Assembly: GCA_903813345.2 (NCBI GenBank)
Contig: CAIIXF020000001.1
Coordinates: 18,538,001-18,602,000 of the forward strand
Length of the DNA: 64,000 nt
Source of the DNA: Owenia fusiformis
Lineage: Eukaryota
Reading direction: 5' to 3'
The notes under the pieces were generated by a model. That model did not search any database. It saw only the letters and a list, made by a program, of their open reading frames with translations, and was not told the origin of the DNA. Within the stretch, counting starts at the first letter, position 1. Every line of letters begins with the position of its first letter. A program made the position numbers and the translations under genes. Below are positions 12,356-25,248 of this stretch, piece by piece.

Positions 12356-15300
12356 ACCATCAAAAGAGGAAGCAAGAGCATGGGGTGATAGCTTTGAGAA
12401 GCTCCTAGACAATGATTGTAAGTATAATGCATGCAGGCTTATAGCCAGCTGTTTACTTTTTAAAAGATTTGGGGGGGGTTCACTTTTGACATTGGCCCAA
12501 AAATGGCCAAAATCACATGAAAAGTGCTCAAAATGGTGAATAACTGCATGATTTTGAGAGAATTTTTGGTCAGGGGGCGGGGTTGCTCGATCAGAAATGA
12601 GAAGAAAGCAGATAAGAGGAACAAGTAGGGGATGAGATGCAATGAAAAATAATATAAAAGAAAGATTATGAAAAAGAGAGAGTGGAGGGGGGAAGATGGA
12701 AAATTAAATGTTGGAAATATCTTCATAATGTTATCAAATGGGAAGATTCTTGTCATTAGGAAAATTAAAATTAAGAAAATGATAAGATTTAAACCATTCT
12801 GCAAATGAACCTCTTGTATTAAATACCACTTATGCAGAATGTCACTACTTCCGGTGGTAACATAACAAGGTACCTGGGATGTTGTGGAATGGATGTGGGG
12901 TGAACTTATGACTGATTAAGGAAAATAATATTGAAAAAGGATAGTGCCTGGGGCCTCTTGGTGAAATAATAACTGAGCAGAATTGTCAGATTGTGTTTGG
13001 ACCATTCACAACATGACATCTGGTACAAGCCCCACCTAAAATTAGCTTATATGGCAAGTCATCAGTGTGTTTAGTTACAGGGTGATCAAAAAGAGTAAGA
13101 TGAAAAGTGCTCAACTATTGTAAACATTAATAAATCTGGCTCATTTTCTCAAGAATTGTGATCTCATAATTATACATACATTATTGTATACATACATATA
13201 TTATTATTTTCTCAGATGTTCATTTTAGGTGTTCTACATATTTGCCATCATGTTCAACACAATTTTGGTGATGTTTAATCCAGTCCATGACATGTTTGAA
13301 TGCCATTCGCAAAAAAAGACTAGAGTTGGTAGATCACTCCATCCTGTATTGGTATAAAGCCATTCAGCAAATCTAACACAGAACAGAGCAACTGGGAATG
13401 GCCCCTTACTCACCAGACATGGCTCCCTCAGACTCTTATATTACTATAGGGACTTAAAATCTGAACTCCAGGGAGAATTTTTCAAGACAGAAGACGATCT
13501 GAAATGTTGGTATTAGACAATGTGTGTGCGATGAGTTAAGGTAGTTTGAAACATGTGTTCATGGACTGGATTAAGCGTCACCAAAACATGTGTTGAACAT
13601 AATGGCAAATATATAGAACACCTAAATTGATCATCTGCGAAAATAATGATACAAGTACAAGAATGCATTGAATGTAACAAAATATGGTGGTATTCCCAAA
13701 ATATAAAACCATCAAGAAAGAAAACATCACATTATTTTCTTCTTTTTTTGATTGCTCCAGGTACCCTTGACATGGGTCATGGTAACCATAGAATGCAGAA
13801 TATTAAATGTAACATGTTGACATTTGTTTTGTGTATGTATAAGTATTGGATCAACATTCTGTGAGAATGAGCCAGATTCACTAATATTTACAATAGTTAG
13901 AGCACTTTTCATCTTACTTTGTGATCATCCTGTATCTCCACATATCATATGGCATTTGTATTTTTTCAGTCCCTGGATGATCTTCTTGTTTGCACTGATG
14001 AATGATATTGCTTTTCCAGTTGGTCGTGATCTCTTTAAGAAGTTCCTGAAGTCTGAATACAGTGAAGACAATCTTTTGTTCTGGGAAGCATGTATGGCAC
14101 TGAAGGAGGAAACTGACGAAGGTGCAATACATGAAGAAGCTAAACTTATTTATAAAAAATATATATCCCTTACTTCACCTAATGAGGTGAGTATGCATTT
14201 GGTGGGGTATGTTCTTGGTTATGTATGTTTTTTGTGATGTACATTTTTGTTGGTGTATGTTTGGAGGTGTATGCGTTTGGTGGGGTATGTTCTTGGTTAT
14301 GTGTGTTTTTTGTGATGTATTTATTTGTTGGTGTATGTTTGGAGGTGTATGCGTTTGGTATGTTCTTGGTTATGTGTGTTTTTTGTGATGACTATATATT
14401 TGTTGGTGTATGTTTGGAGGTGTATGCGTTTGGTATGTTCTTGGTTATGTATGTTTTTTTGTGATGTATATATTTGTTGGTGTATGTTTGGAGGTGTATG
14501 CGTTTGGTATGTTCTTGGTTATGTGTGTTTTTGTGATGTATATATTTGTCAGTGTATGTTTGGAGGTGTATGCGTTTGGTATGTTCTTGGCTATGTATGT
14601 TTTGTGATGTATATTTTGTTGGTGTATGTTTGGAGGTGTATGCGTTTGGTGGGGTATGTTCTTGGTTATGTGTGTTTTTGTGATGTATATATTTGTCGGT
14701 GTATGTTTGGAGGTGTATGCGTTTGGTATGTTCTTGGTTATGTGTGTTTTGTGATGTATATTTTGTTGGTGTATGTTTAGAGGTGTATGCGTTTGGTGGG
14801 GTATGTTCTTGGCTATGTGTGTTTTGTGATGTATATTTTGTTGGTGTATGTTTAGAGGTGTATGCGTTTGGTGGGGTATGTTCTTGGCTATGTGTGTTTT
14901 GTGATGTATATTTTGTTGGTGTATGTTTGGAGGTGTATGCGTTTGGTGGGGTATGTTCTTGGTTATGTGTGTTTTGTGATGTTTATTTTGTTGGTGTATG
15001 TTTGGAGGTGTATGCGTTTGGTATGTTCTTGGTTATTATTAGCTCACATGGTGAGCTTTTGCAATCACTCACTTGTCCGTCTGTCTGTCTGTCTGTCCGT
15101 CCGTCCGTCCGTCCGTCTGTCTGTCTGTCTGTCCGTCAACAATAGTGGCACGTTTTAAAACCTCTGTCGATAGGATTCCTGTTTTAAGTTATTTCTGTTC
15201 AACATCAATACAGAAAACTCCCCCATGACTCCTGGTTCAAAAGCTCGCCTATTTTCAAAATGGCCGTCACTTTTGTCTAGTGAAATTCACTTTTGACCCA

Positions 15301-16974
15301 TTTCCTAGCTTTACAAATAATTTCAGGTGTCCTACATTGTAAAAATCCATGTCAATGTAAAGGGTAGATATATGAAATAATTTTGTTACAAAAAATCAGC
15401 AAAAAATTATATCCATTTTTTTATTTTCAGCCATTTTAGTTAACATTGATTTGTCTATCTGACTCGTGAAATCCACCTTCCGTCAATAACAGTGGCACAT
15501 TTTAAAACCTCTGTCCATAGGATTCCTGTTTTAAGTTATTTCTGTTCAACATCAATACAGAAAACTCCCCTATGACTCCTGGTTCAAAAGCTCGCCTATT
15601 TTCAAAATGGTCGCCATTCTTGTTTCGCGAAATTCACTTTTTGCCCATTTCCTAGCTTTACAAATGATTTCAGCTGTCCTGCATTGTAAAAAGCCATGTC
15701 ACTGTAAAGAGTAGTTGTATGAAATAATTTTATTACAAAAAATCGGCAAAATATTATATCTGTTTTTTTATTTTCAGCCATTTTAGTTAACATTGATTTG
15801 TCCATCTGTCTCGCGAAATCCTCTTTTGGACCATTTGCTTAAAACCTCTGTCGATAGGATTCCAGTTTCAAGTTATTTTTGTTCAACATCAATACAAAAA
15901 ACTCCCCTATGACTCCTGGTTCAAAAACTTGCCTGATTTCAAAAATGGTCGCCATTTTTGTCTCGCGAAATTCAATTTTGGCCCATTTCCTAGCTTTACA
16001 GATAATTTTAGGTGTCTTGCATTGCAAAAAGCCATGTCACTGTAAAGAGTAGTTCTATGAAATAATTTTGTTACAAATAATTGGCAAAAAATTATATCCG
16101 TTTTTTTTTCAGCCATTTTACTCAACATCTGTCTCTCAGTCAGTCCAAAATAGTGGCAAGTGGCTTGAAATAATTTTGTTACAAAAAATCAGCAAAAAAT
16201 TATATCCGTTTTTTTCTGTCACCATGTGAGCCCAGTACCCACGGTACAATTTTTGTGTTTCTTGTGATGTATATTTTTGTTGGTGTATGTTTGGAGGTGT
16301 ATGCATTTGGTATGTTCTTGGTTATGTGTGTTTTTTGTGATGTATTTATTTGTTAGTGTATGTTTGGAGGTGTATGCGTTTGGTATGTTCTTGGTTATGT
16401 GTGTTTTTGTGATGTATATATTTGTCGGTGTATGTTTGGAGGTGTATGCATTTGGTATGTCCTTGGTTATGTATGTATTTTGTGATGTATATATTTGTCG
16501 GTGTATGTTTGTAGGTGTATGCGTTTGGTGATTTATATGTTTCTTTGTTGTATGCATTTGGTTGAGTATGTTCTTGTTGTTTATGGACATAGAAATCTGT
16601 TCAAGAAGGTATTTCCAAAATGACTGTTGAATTCAAATGGCTGCATTATTTCATAAAGATTTTTTTTTTATCTTCATTATTTAATGTCCAAAATGACTAG
16701 GGATTTGATAAAATATGTTTTGTTTGGAGGAATTTGTTCCAGGAGTTGCTGTTAACATATTATTTGATTTGTTTTTCAGGTAAATATTAATGCCAATATT
16801 AGGAGAAAAATAGACTCAAATATACATGCTCCAACACTGAACATATTTGATGAAGCAAAAGCATGGATTGGACTGCTTATGGAGACAGACTCATTTCCAA
16901 GATTCATCAAATCAAATCTATTCAAAAGTTTTATATCAAGTCATTTTTCTGAAGATTCTAATAGCTCTAAATGA
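12356..16974 (+). CDS. Regulator of G-protein signalling (RGS domain) protein, last three coding exons
   Basis: Exons 12356-12417, 14020-14186 and 16780-16974 have AG/GT borders and compatible phases: PSKEEARAWGDSFEKLLDND-FGRDLFKKFLKSEYSEDNLLFWEAC...YISLTSPNE-VNINANIRRKI...FDEAKAWIGLLMETDSFPRFIKSNLF...stop. This is a canonical RGS box. AATAAA at ~17272. The 5' exon(s) were not located. Confidence 0.9.
13207..13643 (+). pseudogene. Tc1/mariner transposase C-terminal remnant with inverted duplication
   Basis: Frameshifted translation of ~13397-13630: W..PYSPDMAPSDSY, LKSELQGEFFKTEDDLK, WIKRHQ/CVEHNGKYIEHLN*. This matches the YSPDL motif and C-terminus of mariner-type transposases. 13207-13300 is an inverted copy of 13547-13643. 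Confidence 0.7.
14187..15036. repeat. GT-rich ~65-75-bp minisatellite in RGS intron (continues 16250-16580)
   Basis: Unit ~GGTATGTTCTTGGTTATGTGTGTTTTTGTGATGTATATTTGTTGGTGTATGTTTGGAGGTGTATGCGTTT; split by a HINE insertion. Confidence 0.9.
15039..16249 (+). mobile_element. HINE/DINE-1-like element, family A
   Basis: Same 5' hairpin, GTCY microsatellite, internal repeats, subTIR CACCATGTGAGC (16220-16231) and GTACC-CAC-GGTAC stem-loop as 3741-4828. Confidence 0.85.
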
Positions 16975-17367
16975 ATAGAGCCTGTCCAATGAGTTGTGTT
17001 TTGTCTTATTTAAATTTAGAATTGAGAAAGATCAATTCTGATACTGTAAATTGCTTTATTTTGACAGCCATTTTAATATGGCGGATTGATAAAAACCGTG
17101 CACCAAATTAAGTCTCTGCCATTTTTTGATGAAAACTGAGACTAATGATATTGAAAAGTTATTATCTTTTATTAAGAGGGATGATTTGCCTAGTTCAAAT
17201 TTACAATCTCAAAATTCAAAATAATTTTACAATAGTCAAATACCATGTACATAAGTATATTATGTTGATGGAATAAAAATAAACAAATATTGTATAATTA
17301 ATTTAAAAACTTACACTTTCTTGCATGCAATTCATAGCTCTAATGGTGTGATTGGGCTGTTTAATAT

Positions 17368-18026
17368 ACAAGGTGTCCATAAAGTACCGCATGACACAAA
17401 ATAAATGACACCCAACCACATAATGATTCATAACTTTTTTGTCTGAAGAAATTCTGACTTGTTCTTTTGCACATTAAAACTACACTCCATTTTGCAACTC
17501 CACAAGAAGTTTCTAGATCCGCATTTATGAGTGTTACAAAATGTGTTGTCTATTCTTATGCTGGCACAACTGGATCTTACACAAAAAATGACACCCAGCT
17601 TTTGTAACATAATTTTTGGGGAAATAAGTGATAATGATTTTATCAATGACAGCTACATTATTTTGTGTTTAATTGAATTAAATGGACTTCCTTTCCCCCT
17701 TTCCCTGAAACTACAAGTCAAAATTATTAGTATTTACAAAGTTATGTTACAAAAGCTGGGTGGCATTTTTTGTGTAGAATCCATGTGTGGACAACATTTA
17801 GAGCAAATGTTGTAACGCTTATAAAATTTGACCCACTTGAGCTATACATCTGAAATATCTGGAGGTCCTTTCTCATTATGTTTTCTTTAAATTTGCTAAA
17901 GGACAAGTCTATATGTTAATAGACAAATAAGTTATGCAACGTAAGGTGGGTGTCATTTTATTGTGTCACCCTGTATGTACTACTTTGTAGTGTACTTATA
18001 AAAGAGACTTTATGGATATCATGTAA
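17368..18026. mobile_element. nested degenerate Tc1/mariner-type MITEs
   Basis: Outer IR TACAAGGTGTCCATAAAGT / ACTTTATGGATATCATGTA. Inner palindromic element GACACAAAATAAATGACACCCA (~17394) / TGGGTGTCATTTTATTGTGTCACCCTGTA (~17948-17976). Confidence 0.5.
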
Positions 18027-18199
18027 TGTAAACATGAGCCTTTAAGTTGTTCAAAGAGATAAATCACCACTTATTTTGCTTGTATTGATGACGTCACTAT
18101 GTAAACTAATTAATAAAGCCAGAACTCTAGTTATTTTGCTCTTGTTATTCTATCAAATACTGGACTATACAATAATGGACACCCTGTATATTTGAAGTA

Positions 18200-18380
18200 C
18201 AGCAAAACCTGTCTTAGTGAACACCTCTCTCTTGTGAACACCTGTCTCTAGTTGACACTTTACTCCACACATACTTGACTGACTTCTGTATAAATTACCC
18301 TCTGTGTAGTTAACACATACCAACACTGAACATTTATTCTTGGCAAAAAAATGTTCAATATGTATAAACAGGTTTTACTG
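18200..18380. mobile_element. pogo/Tigger-like MITE
   Basis: TA|CAGCAAAACCTGT ... ACAGGTTTTACTG|TA. Related copies at ~20022-20185 and ~59011-59145. Confidence 0.65.
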
Positions 18381-21300
18381 TACATTGCAAACATCTAACA
18401 ATCCCATAACTTATCATAAGGGTGAAAACAATCAACATTTTGATAAATAATAACCCAACTGGATTAATCATGAAAATCAAATGCAGTGTCATAATCTGAA
18501 ATTACAGGGTGGCCCAAAATTGTATCAAGACAAACATGAAATAACTGAGTGATGAAGGTACAATTTATAATCATAAAAGAATTCACCAGGTTATTCTGTT
18601 TAATTTTAGAGAAAAGTTAGTTTTAGTACCATCACCCATTTTTCAAATTGTACTGAGATAAATATAAAATAACTATGTGATTGATCTGGGAATATTTTTG
18701 AAATTTAGTTATCTGATAGGTTATCTAATTATCATAAACATCTGAAAGTTTCACTAGGTAATTCTACTTATTTTAAGGGAAAAACTTGTTTCAGCACTAC
18801 CACCCAATGAAATTGCATTTAACAATAATGTGTTAGAGGTTATTTAGAACACATCAAGTATAATGTTAGACTTTCTATGAATTTTAAATGTTAATCGGAA
18901 AATGAATTGACCAACCAAAAGGTGACAAATTGAAAGAACCTTAAAAATAAGGGCCCAAAGGTGTTCATTACAAAAAAAAACATGCCATTATTGTAATTAA
19001 GCCTTTCTCACCCAGTGTGCCTTACCAAAAAATCCAGTATTGCTTAAGAGTTGTCAAGATATTATATTAAGTTATTGAATGATTTGAAGTTCAAGGATAT
19101 CTATTCTGCTCGAGAAATTCTGTATTGGAACGAGACGAAGTCGAGTGCCAATACATAATATGGAGACAGAACATATATCCTGCATTGCACTAATCAAATC
19201 ATTTAATAACGTTTCTATTGTGTGATCTTAGGCCAATACATTTTACTCAGGAGATAATACCTAAGAATTATTCGGTAATCTCTGTATTGCTACTGAGGTT
19301 GTCCCCGCCTCCATACCAATATTTTCTTTATTGCTATGGAGATGATCAATGGAGGCAATTTCAGTAGCAAAACAGATTGGTACAACACAAGAAACTGACC
19401 AATCAGAGGGCTTCATTGTACAGATCATACGATAAATCTATGTATCTATGTACAAACTTTTAAATAAATGATCTGTCAACTTATCCGCTGAGACCTACTT
19501 CATGGTCTTTAAAACCACTTCTATTCCTTTTTAAATAAACTTCCTAATTTTTTCAAATGTACATGTATTTTTGATCACATGAAAAGTTAATGCTTATCTT
19601 GAGAGACTGATTTGATGGCAAGACAACAACTCTAAGATAGTATCACCATTGAGCTTGAGTTTTGGTCCACTTAAGAAACCTAACCTCCCCTCTTCTGTCT
19701 GGCACCACCTGTATTTAAAAATGAGAGCCATTTGAAAGATGGTATCATCTTTACATTAAATAGAACACGAAACAAAACAATTAGATATGAGATATGATGT
19801 TTTTATTATTAAATAATATATAAAATGCATGTATTACACAATATTATAAAATGCATAAATGTTATCCCATGCGTTTACATGAAGGAAACCCATGCCCGAA
19901 TATTAAATTTTTGCTAATGTTTACCCCATTCTTGCATTTATATTAAGGCCTGTGATAAATGATTAAATACCTACATTCAATTCAAAATGGCAACTTAAAT
20001 AGCTTAATTTAGCATTACAGGTACAGAGTGGAACACCTTTAGTACCTCTAAAGTGTTCCACTTGGGAGGTGTTCCTCTTATAGAGGTTCATTTGTCATTA
20101 GGTCAGTTGGTCTGGAGACTGAAATTGTTCCACTAACAAAGTTGTTCCTCTACTAGAGGTGTTCCACTTTACAGGTTTCACTATACATGTAGAAGAGAAA
20201 ATGCATTATACTGAAAGAACGTCTGGATTTACAAGGACACTTGTAAACATGTACAATATTGCCCCATATCATATCATTGTAAATGTGTACAATATTTAGA
20301 GGTTATGTCACTATCGTTGCACATACAGTATGCCCGAGGGTTTCAGTGATATATGGCCCGACCTTGGGAAGGACATTGATCACTGAGAACCAAGGGCATT
20401 TGTGCAACTATGGTGACATAAATGATTTATAACATACCTATGATGATCTAGTCTGGTCAGAGAGTACCGTTTTCTTATTTAATTGACTAGCAATGGTTCG
20501 GAAATGATGATTTATTCCCATATTTGTATCTTACGAATGTACAAGTCAATTTGACCTAGGCCTAATGTATGACGTAGTCCCAGCGCTCGACCAATCAGAA
20601 AGTTAGCGGGAGCGGGCTTTTCAAAAGTTATATTGGCCCACTGTCTTGTGAACGGTTTACACTATACATCATCATAGGTATGTTACATGTATAAACCCCC
20701 ATATCATATCATATTTAGATTCATCCTGTATGGTTAACACTTACACTAATCAGTTGAAGAGACAAGATTTTAGGATGAAATAAAAAACAATAACTGCCAC
20801 TGAAGAATTTATTCAGCATGCCCAAAAATGTATCTGTTGTAGACTTTTACATCAAAAGTATACCTGAAAATTGTAAAATGATCTATGAAATGGTTTGGCT
20901 GGAAAAGCATAAACAAGACTTTTAGTAATGGATGGACGATGCATGGAAAACAATATGGCCCCACACCATTTAAAGGGACACAAAAGTTAATGATGTTAGA
21001 TGATGACATTCCAGTAGGATTGATTCATATTGAATAATTGACAGATTTCTTTTACTCCTATACAAATATTATTAATTAGCTATGTTGTGACATCATAAAT
21101 TCAAAATGGCATCCCCCATTATCTTTCTTTATATTATTTTAGAACTTTTTAAAACCCCCAAAAATGAATGATAATAATTGAAATCAATATTCTTGCAGAA
21201 AAGTGATTGCTCATTTCAAACAACTTGTTATGAATTCTTGTGGATATCCATAGACGTGCATGAAAAATATATTTTTTCAGTATTCATTGCATAAGTTAAT

Positions 21301-21990
21301 ATGTTAAGCTATGTAAATTACAGGCATATTCATAAATAAAGAAAACACACTTGAAAATATGTGTGAGCAGTTGACCCCCAATATCCCAAAATAAGAACCC
21401 ATTTCAGAAAAATGTACATGAGGTACACAAAATCACATTATCAAGTAGCCACATAAAAGTCATTGTATTGTTGAACTTGTGCTCTCTAACATGTGTATGA
21501 ACTTGAAGAAAATCAGATAAGCCATTTTGGAGATGACTTGATATGTGAACTAAATTGAACACATTTTTCTCCTAGTCTCTCCCAGTCAACAAAAAACTTT
21601 GAAAAAATTACACATTGTCAATTTAATGGTCATTTTGAATGGCAACAATCAACATTAAAAATATATTATCTACTCTTATATATTGTTTTAGAAAACACAC
21701 CAGACACTGTCTTTTGTTCTTGTTCGAAATGAAAAGAAACATCTATCCGAACCTCATTGGAACAAAATGACATATACACAACATTTTACACTAGGTCTCT
21801 CAAAAGGTATATTTCAATTTTATCTATTTTTGGGAGTATTTGTTTTAATTATTTTAGATACATTTTTAAAATGAACCAACAATATTGAGAGATCCAAGTA
21901 CGTATATGGCATTTTGTTCCAACAAGGTTCGGATAGATATTTTATTTCATTCTCAAGAATTGGGAGAAAGCAATTTCACTTAAAAATAAA

Positions 21991-23114
21991 TAGTACCGTG
22001 GATACTGGGCTCACATGGCGTTGCTCAAAAGTGAATGATGCCTAAAATGGCCAAAAAAACTGGATGTCATTTTTGACGATTTATTGAAACAAAATTATTT
22101 CATACAATTACTCTTTAGAGTAACATGGCTTTTTACCATGCAGCTAGGAAATGGGCCACAAGTGCATTTCGCAAGACAAAAATGGCGACCATTTTGAAAT
22201 GCGAGCTTTTGGACCAGGAATCATAAAGGAGTTTTCTGTATTGATGTTGAACAAAAATAACTTAAAACAGGAATCCTATCGACAGAGGTTTTAAGGCAAA
22301 TGGTCCAAAAGTGGATTTCGTGAGCCATATGGACAAATCAATGTTAACTAAAATGGCTGAAAATAAAAAAACGGATATAAATTTTTGCTGATTTTTTGTA
22401 ACAAAATTATTTCATATTAACTACTCTTTGCAGTGACATGGGTTTTTACAATGCAGGACACCTGAATTTATTTGTAAAGCTAGGAAATTGGCCAAAAGTG
22501 AATTCTGTGAGACAAAAATGGCGACCATTTTGAAAATAGGCGAGTATTTGAACCAGGAGTCATAGAGGAATTTTCTACATTGATGTTGAACAAAAATAAC
22601 TTAAAACGGGAATCCTATTGACAGAGGTTAAGGTAAATGGTCCAAAAGTGGATTTCAAGAGATCGATGGACAAATCAATGTTAACTAAAATGGCTGAAAA
22701 TAAAAAAACGGATAAAATTTTTGGCCGATTTTTTGTAGCAAAATTATTTCATACAACTACTCTTTAAAGTGACATAGCTTTTTACAATGCAGGACACCTA
22801 AAATTATTTGTAAAGCTAGGAAATGGGCCAAATGTGAATTGCGCGAGACAAAAATGGCGAGCTTTTGAACCAGGAGTCATAAGGGAATTTTCTGTATTGA
22901 TGTTGAACAAATATAACTTAAAACGGGAATCCTTTCAACAAAGTTTTTAAAGCAAATTTGAAAATAGGCGATCTTTTGAACCAGGAGTCATAGGGGGGTT
23001 TTCTATATTGATGTTGAACAAAAATAAATTGACAGAGGTTTTAAAACTGGTCAATTGTTGACAGACAGACAGACGTACAAGTGAGTGATTGCAATAGCTC
23101 GCCATGTGAGCTAA
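21991..23114 (-). mobile_element. HINE/DINE-1-like element, family A (reverse)
   Basis: Reverse complement of the 3741/15039 family: AGTACCGTGGATACT, GCTCACATGGCG ... GACAGACAGAC ... AGCTCGCCATGTGAGCTAA. Confidence 0.85.
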
Positions 23115-23429
23115 TAATAACAAAAACTATTTTCTTAAACAATTATGTAAAATATGTAATAATTTTCATGTTAAATTGTTGTCAATCAGTGACCACTAAA
23201 TTAAGGATGTGTTTTTTACACAATGTTTTCAATTGGTTTAAGAGAAAAACAGTGTTCAAAATTTCATAATATCTCTACCAATTCTTCGGAGAAAAGACAC
23301 AGGTATTTTTCTGGATTTGCGATAACAAAAAAGCAGGATGTTAAATCATCCCTGGAAAGTAAAATTCTGTTATCTAATCTGCGGATAAGGAGACCCAGAA
23401 GAGTGAAGCTCATGCCTTCAGGATATTAA

Positions 23430-23535
23430 CTATAAATTGACACCTGTGTGTCACATGTTGCAACACAGATAATTATATAATATAAAATTGACACCTGTGT
23501 GTCACATGTTGCAACACAGATAATTATATAATATA
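23430..23535. repeat. ~52-bp tandem duplication
   Basis: AAATTGACACCTGTGTGTCACATGTTGCAACACAGATAATTATATAATAT occurs twice in tandem. Confidence 0.8.
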
Positions 23536-24879
23536 ATTGCTGTCGAGGTAAAAACTGAATATTAAACAAAATAACATTCCCAAATACCAAAAAACAAATA
23601 AAAATATAATATTTGCAATCTAATATTTAATGCCTTCGATTTGAATATGATAAAACTCTACTTTGAAGAGACCTCAAATGGCTGTTTAAGATTTTCTGAG
23701 GCACAAATAAGAAAGATTGTCATCTGTATTGCTTCTATTCACATTATATATATCAAACTTTTTGTGATAACACTTCAAGGAAAAAGAGATGGCGCTTTTT
23801 AGTTTCTAACAAGTAATGGATGGCTTTGGAAGGATATGAGGGAATGTTAAACACTTTGTTTACCCTGGCTTACTTTGTACACCTGTACAATGTGCATTAC
23901 TTTTCAATAATATTAAATATTTTTATATGATTGTAGAGGAGTACTTTACTACATGCCATTCACAATTTACACTTCACCATTTGCACATGCCTCTGTTAAA
24001 ATTACATATCCAATATGCCTGCTTGTATTTCAAGTTTTAAACAATCAAAATTATGTAGCCAGCATGTTATAAATTTATTAAATATTTTAAAAATCGCCAG
24101 ATATATCATGAATAAAATGGAACTGGCTGGGCTCCTTGATGAGATATTACAGGATTTCGTCTAAAATTAAAACAAACAGCTCCAAGAAAAATGGTGATAT
24201 TCGAAAACTGGACAAAATGTCGTTAATCTCTGACATTAGTAACTGGCCGTAAATTCTAAGTTAGTGATCCAGAAGATGTGATCTTATACCTAATACATTG
24301 ATCACTTCATGTGTTTTTTTGGAATTTTTGGTGAGGTAATAAGACCAAAACTTGCAATTCAAATTGTGATGTGGAAAAATGGCGAACATATGATTTCAAA
24401 TTTTATGATTACGACATGACCCTTATACAGCGACATGATTTACATCCGGCAGAATAAAAAATGTGCAGGGATTTATCTTTGGACAAAGGCCACGATAAAG
24501 ACCTTTGAAGAAGGTAACAGCAGATAAGTATACATAACACCCTTATGAGCTGGCATGTTATTTAATGCCAACATTAAAGTCTAACATATATGAAATGTAA
24601 TGGAAAGTGTTTTAAAATAATTACAACACTCACAGTAAGACATGTAAGATGATAATTTAAAACACAATTAACTAGCACAACTATAATATTATAAATAATG
24701 GCACATATTACAAGATGTGCTAATTTTTTTATAAATACATATTACAATGAACATTTATTTTGAGTTCTGACAAATAAGTCGCTAATACATTTTCAAGATT
24801 ACGAAGTACAGTACACTGTATATCTTTTTAATATGTTTTCCCCGGTGGTATTAATATTTTGTTTTTTCACTAGCCTTAG

Positions 24880-25248
24880 TGCATAGATGACAATATATTT
24901 TTCTGATATCTCCAGACAGTTCATAGATGACATCCAAATTTTTTATCTCTGTTCATAAATGACATTATATTTTTTGATCTCTTTTTTCATAAATGACATC
25001 ACATTTCTTTGATATCTTAGTTCATAGATGACATCATATTTCTTTGATCTCCTAGTTCATCGATGACACCATATTTCTTTGAAATCACTTAGTTCATATG
25101 GCATTATATTTCTTTGATATAGCTCAGCTCATAGATGCCACCATTTCTGATATCTTGTTCATAAATGACATCACATTTCGTTGTTACCTCTCATTTCATT
25201 AATGGCATTAAATCTCTTTGATATCTCTTAATGCATAGATGACATCAT
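24880..25248. repeat. degenerate ~38-40-bp tandem repeat overlapping the ORC1 stop codon and 3' UTR
   Basis: About 9-10 units like TTCATAGATGACATCATATTTCTTTGATATCT. The last unit coincides with ORC1 codons [12 protein letters not shown]. Confidence 0.75.

Noticed and set aside
14225-16590. Cys/Val/Tyr-rich ORFs up to 151 aa
   Set aside because: They are translations of the GT-rich minisatellite within the RGS intron.
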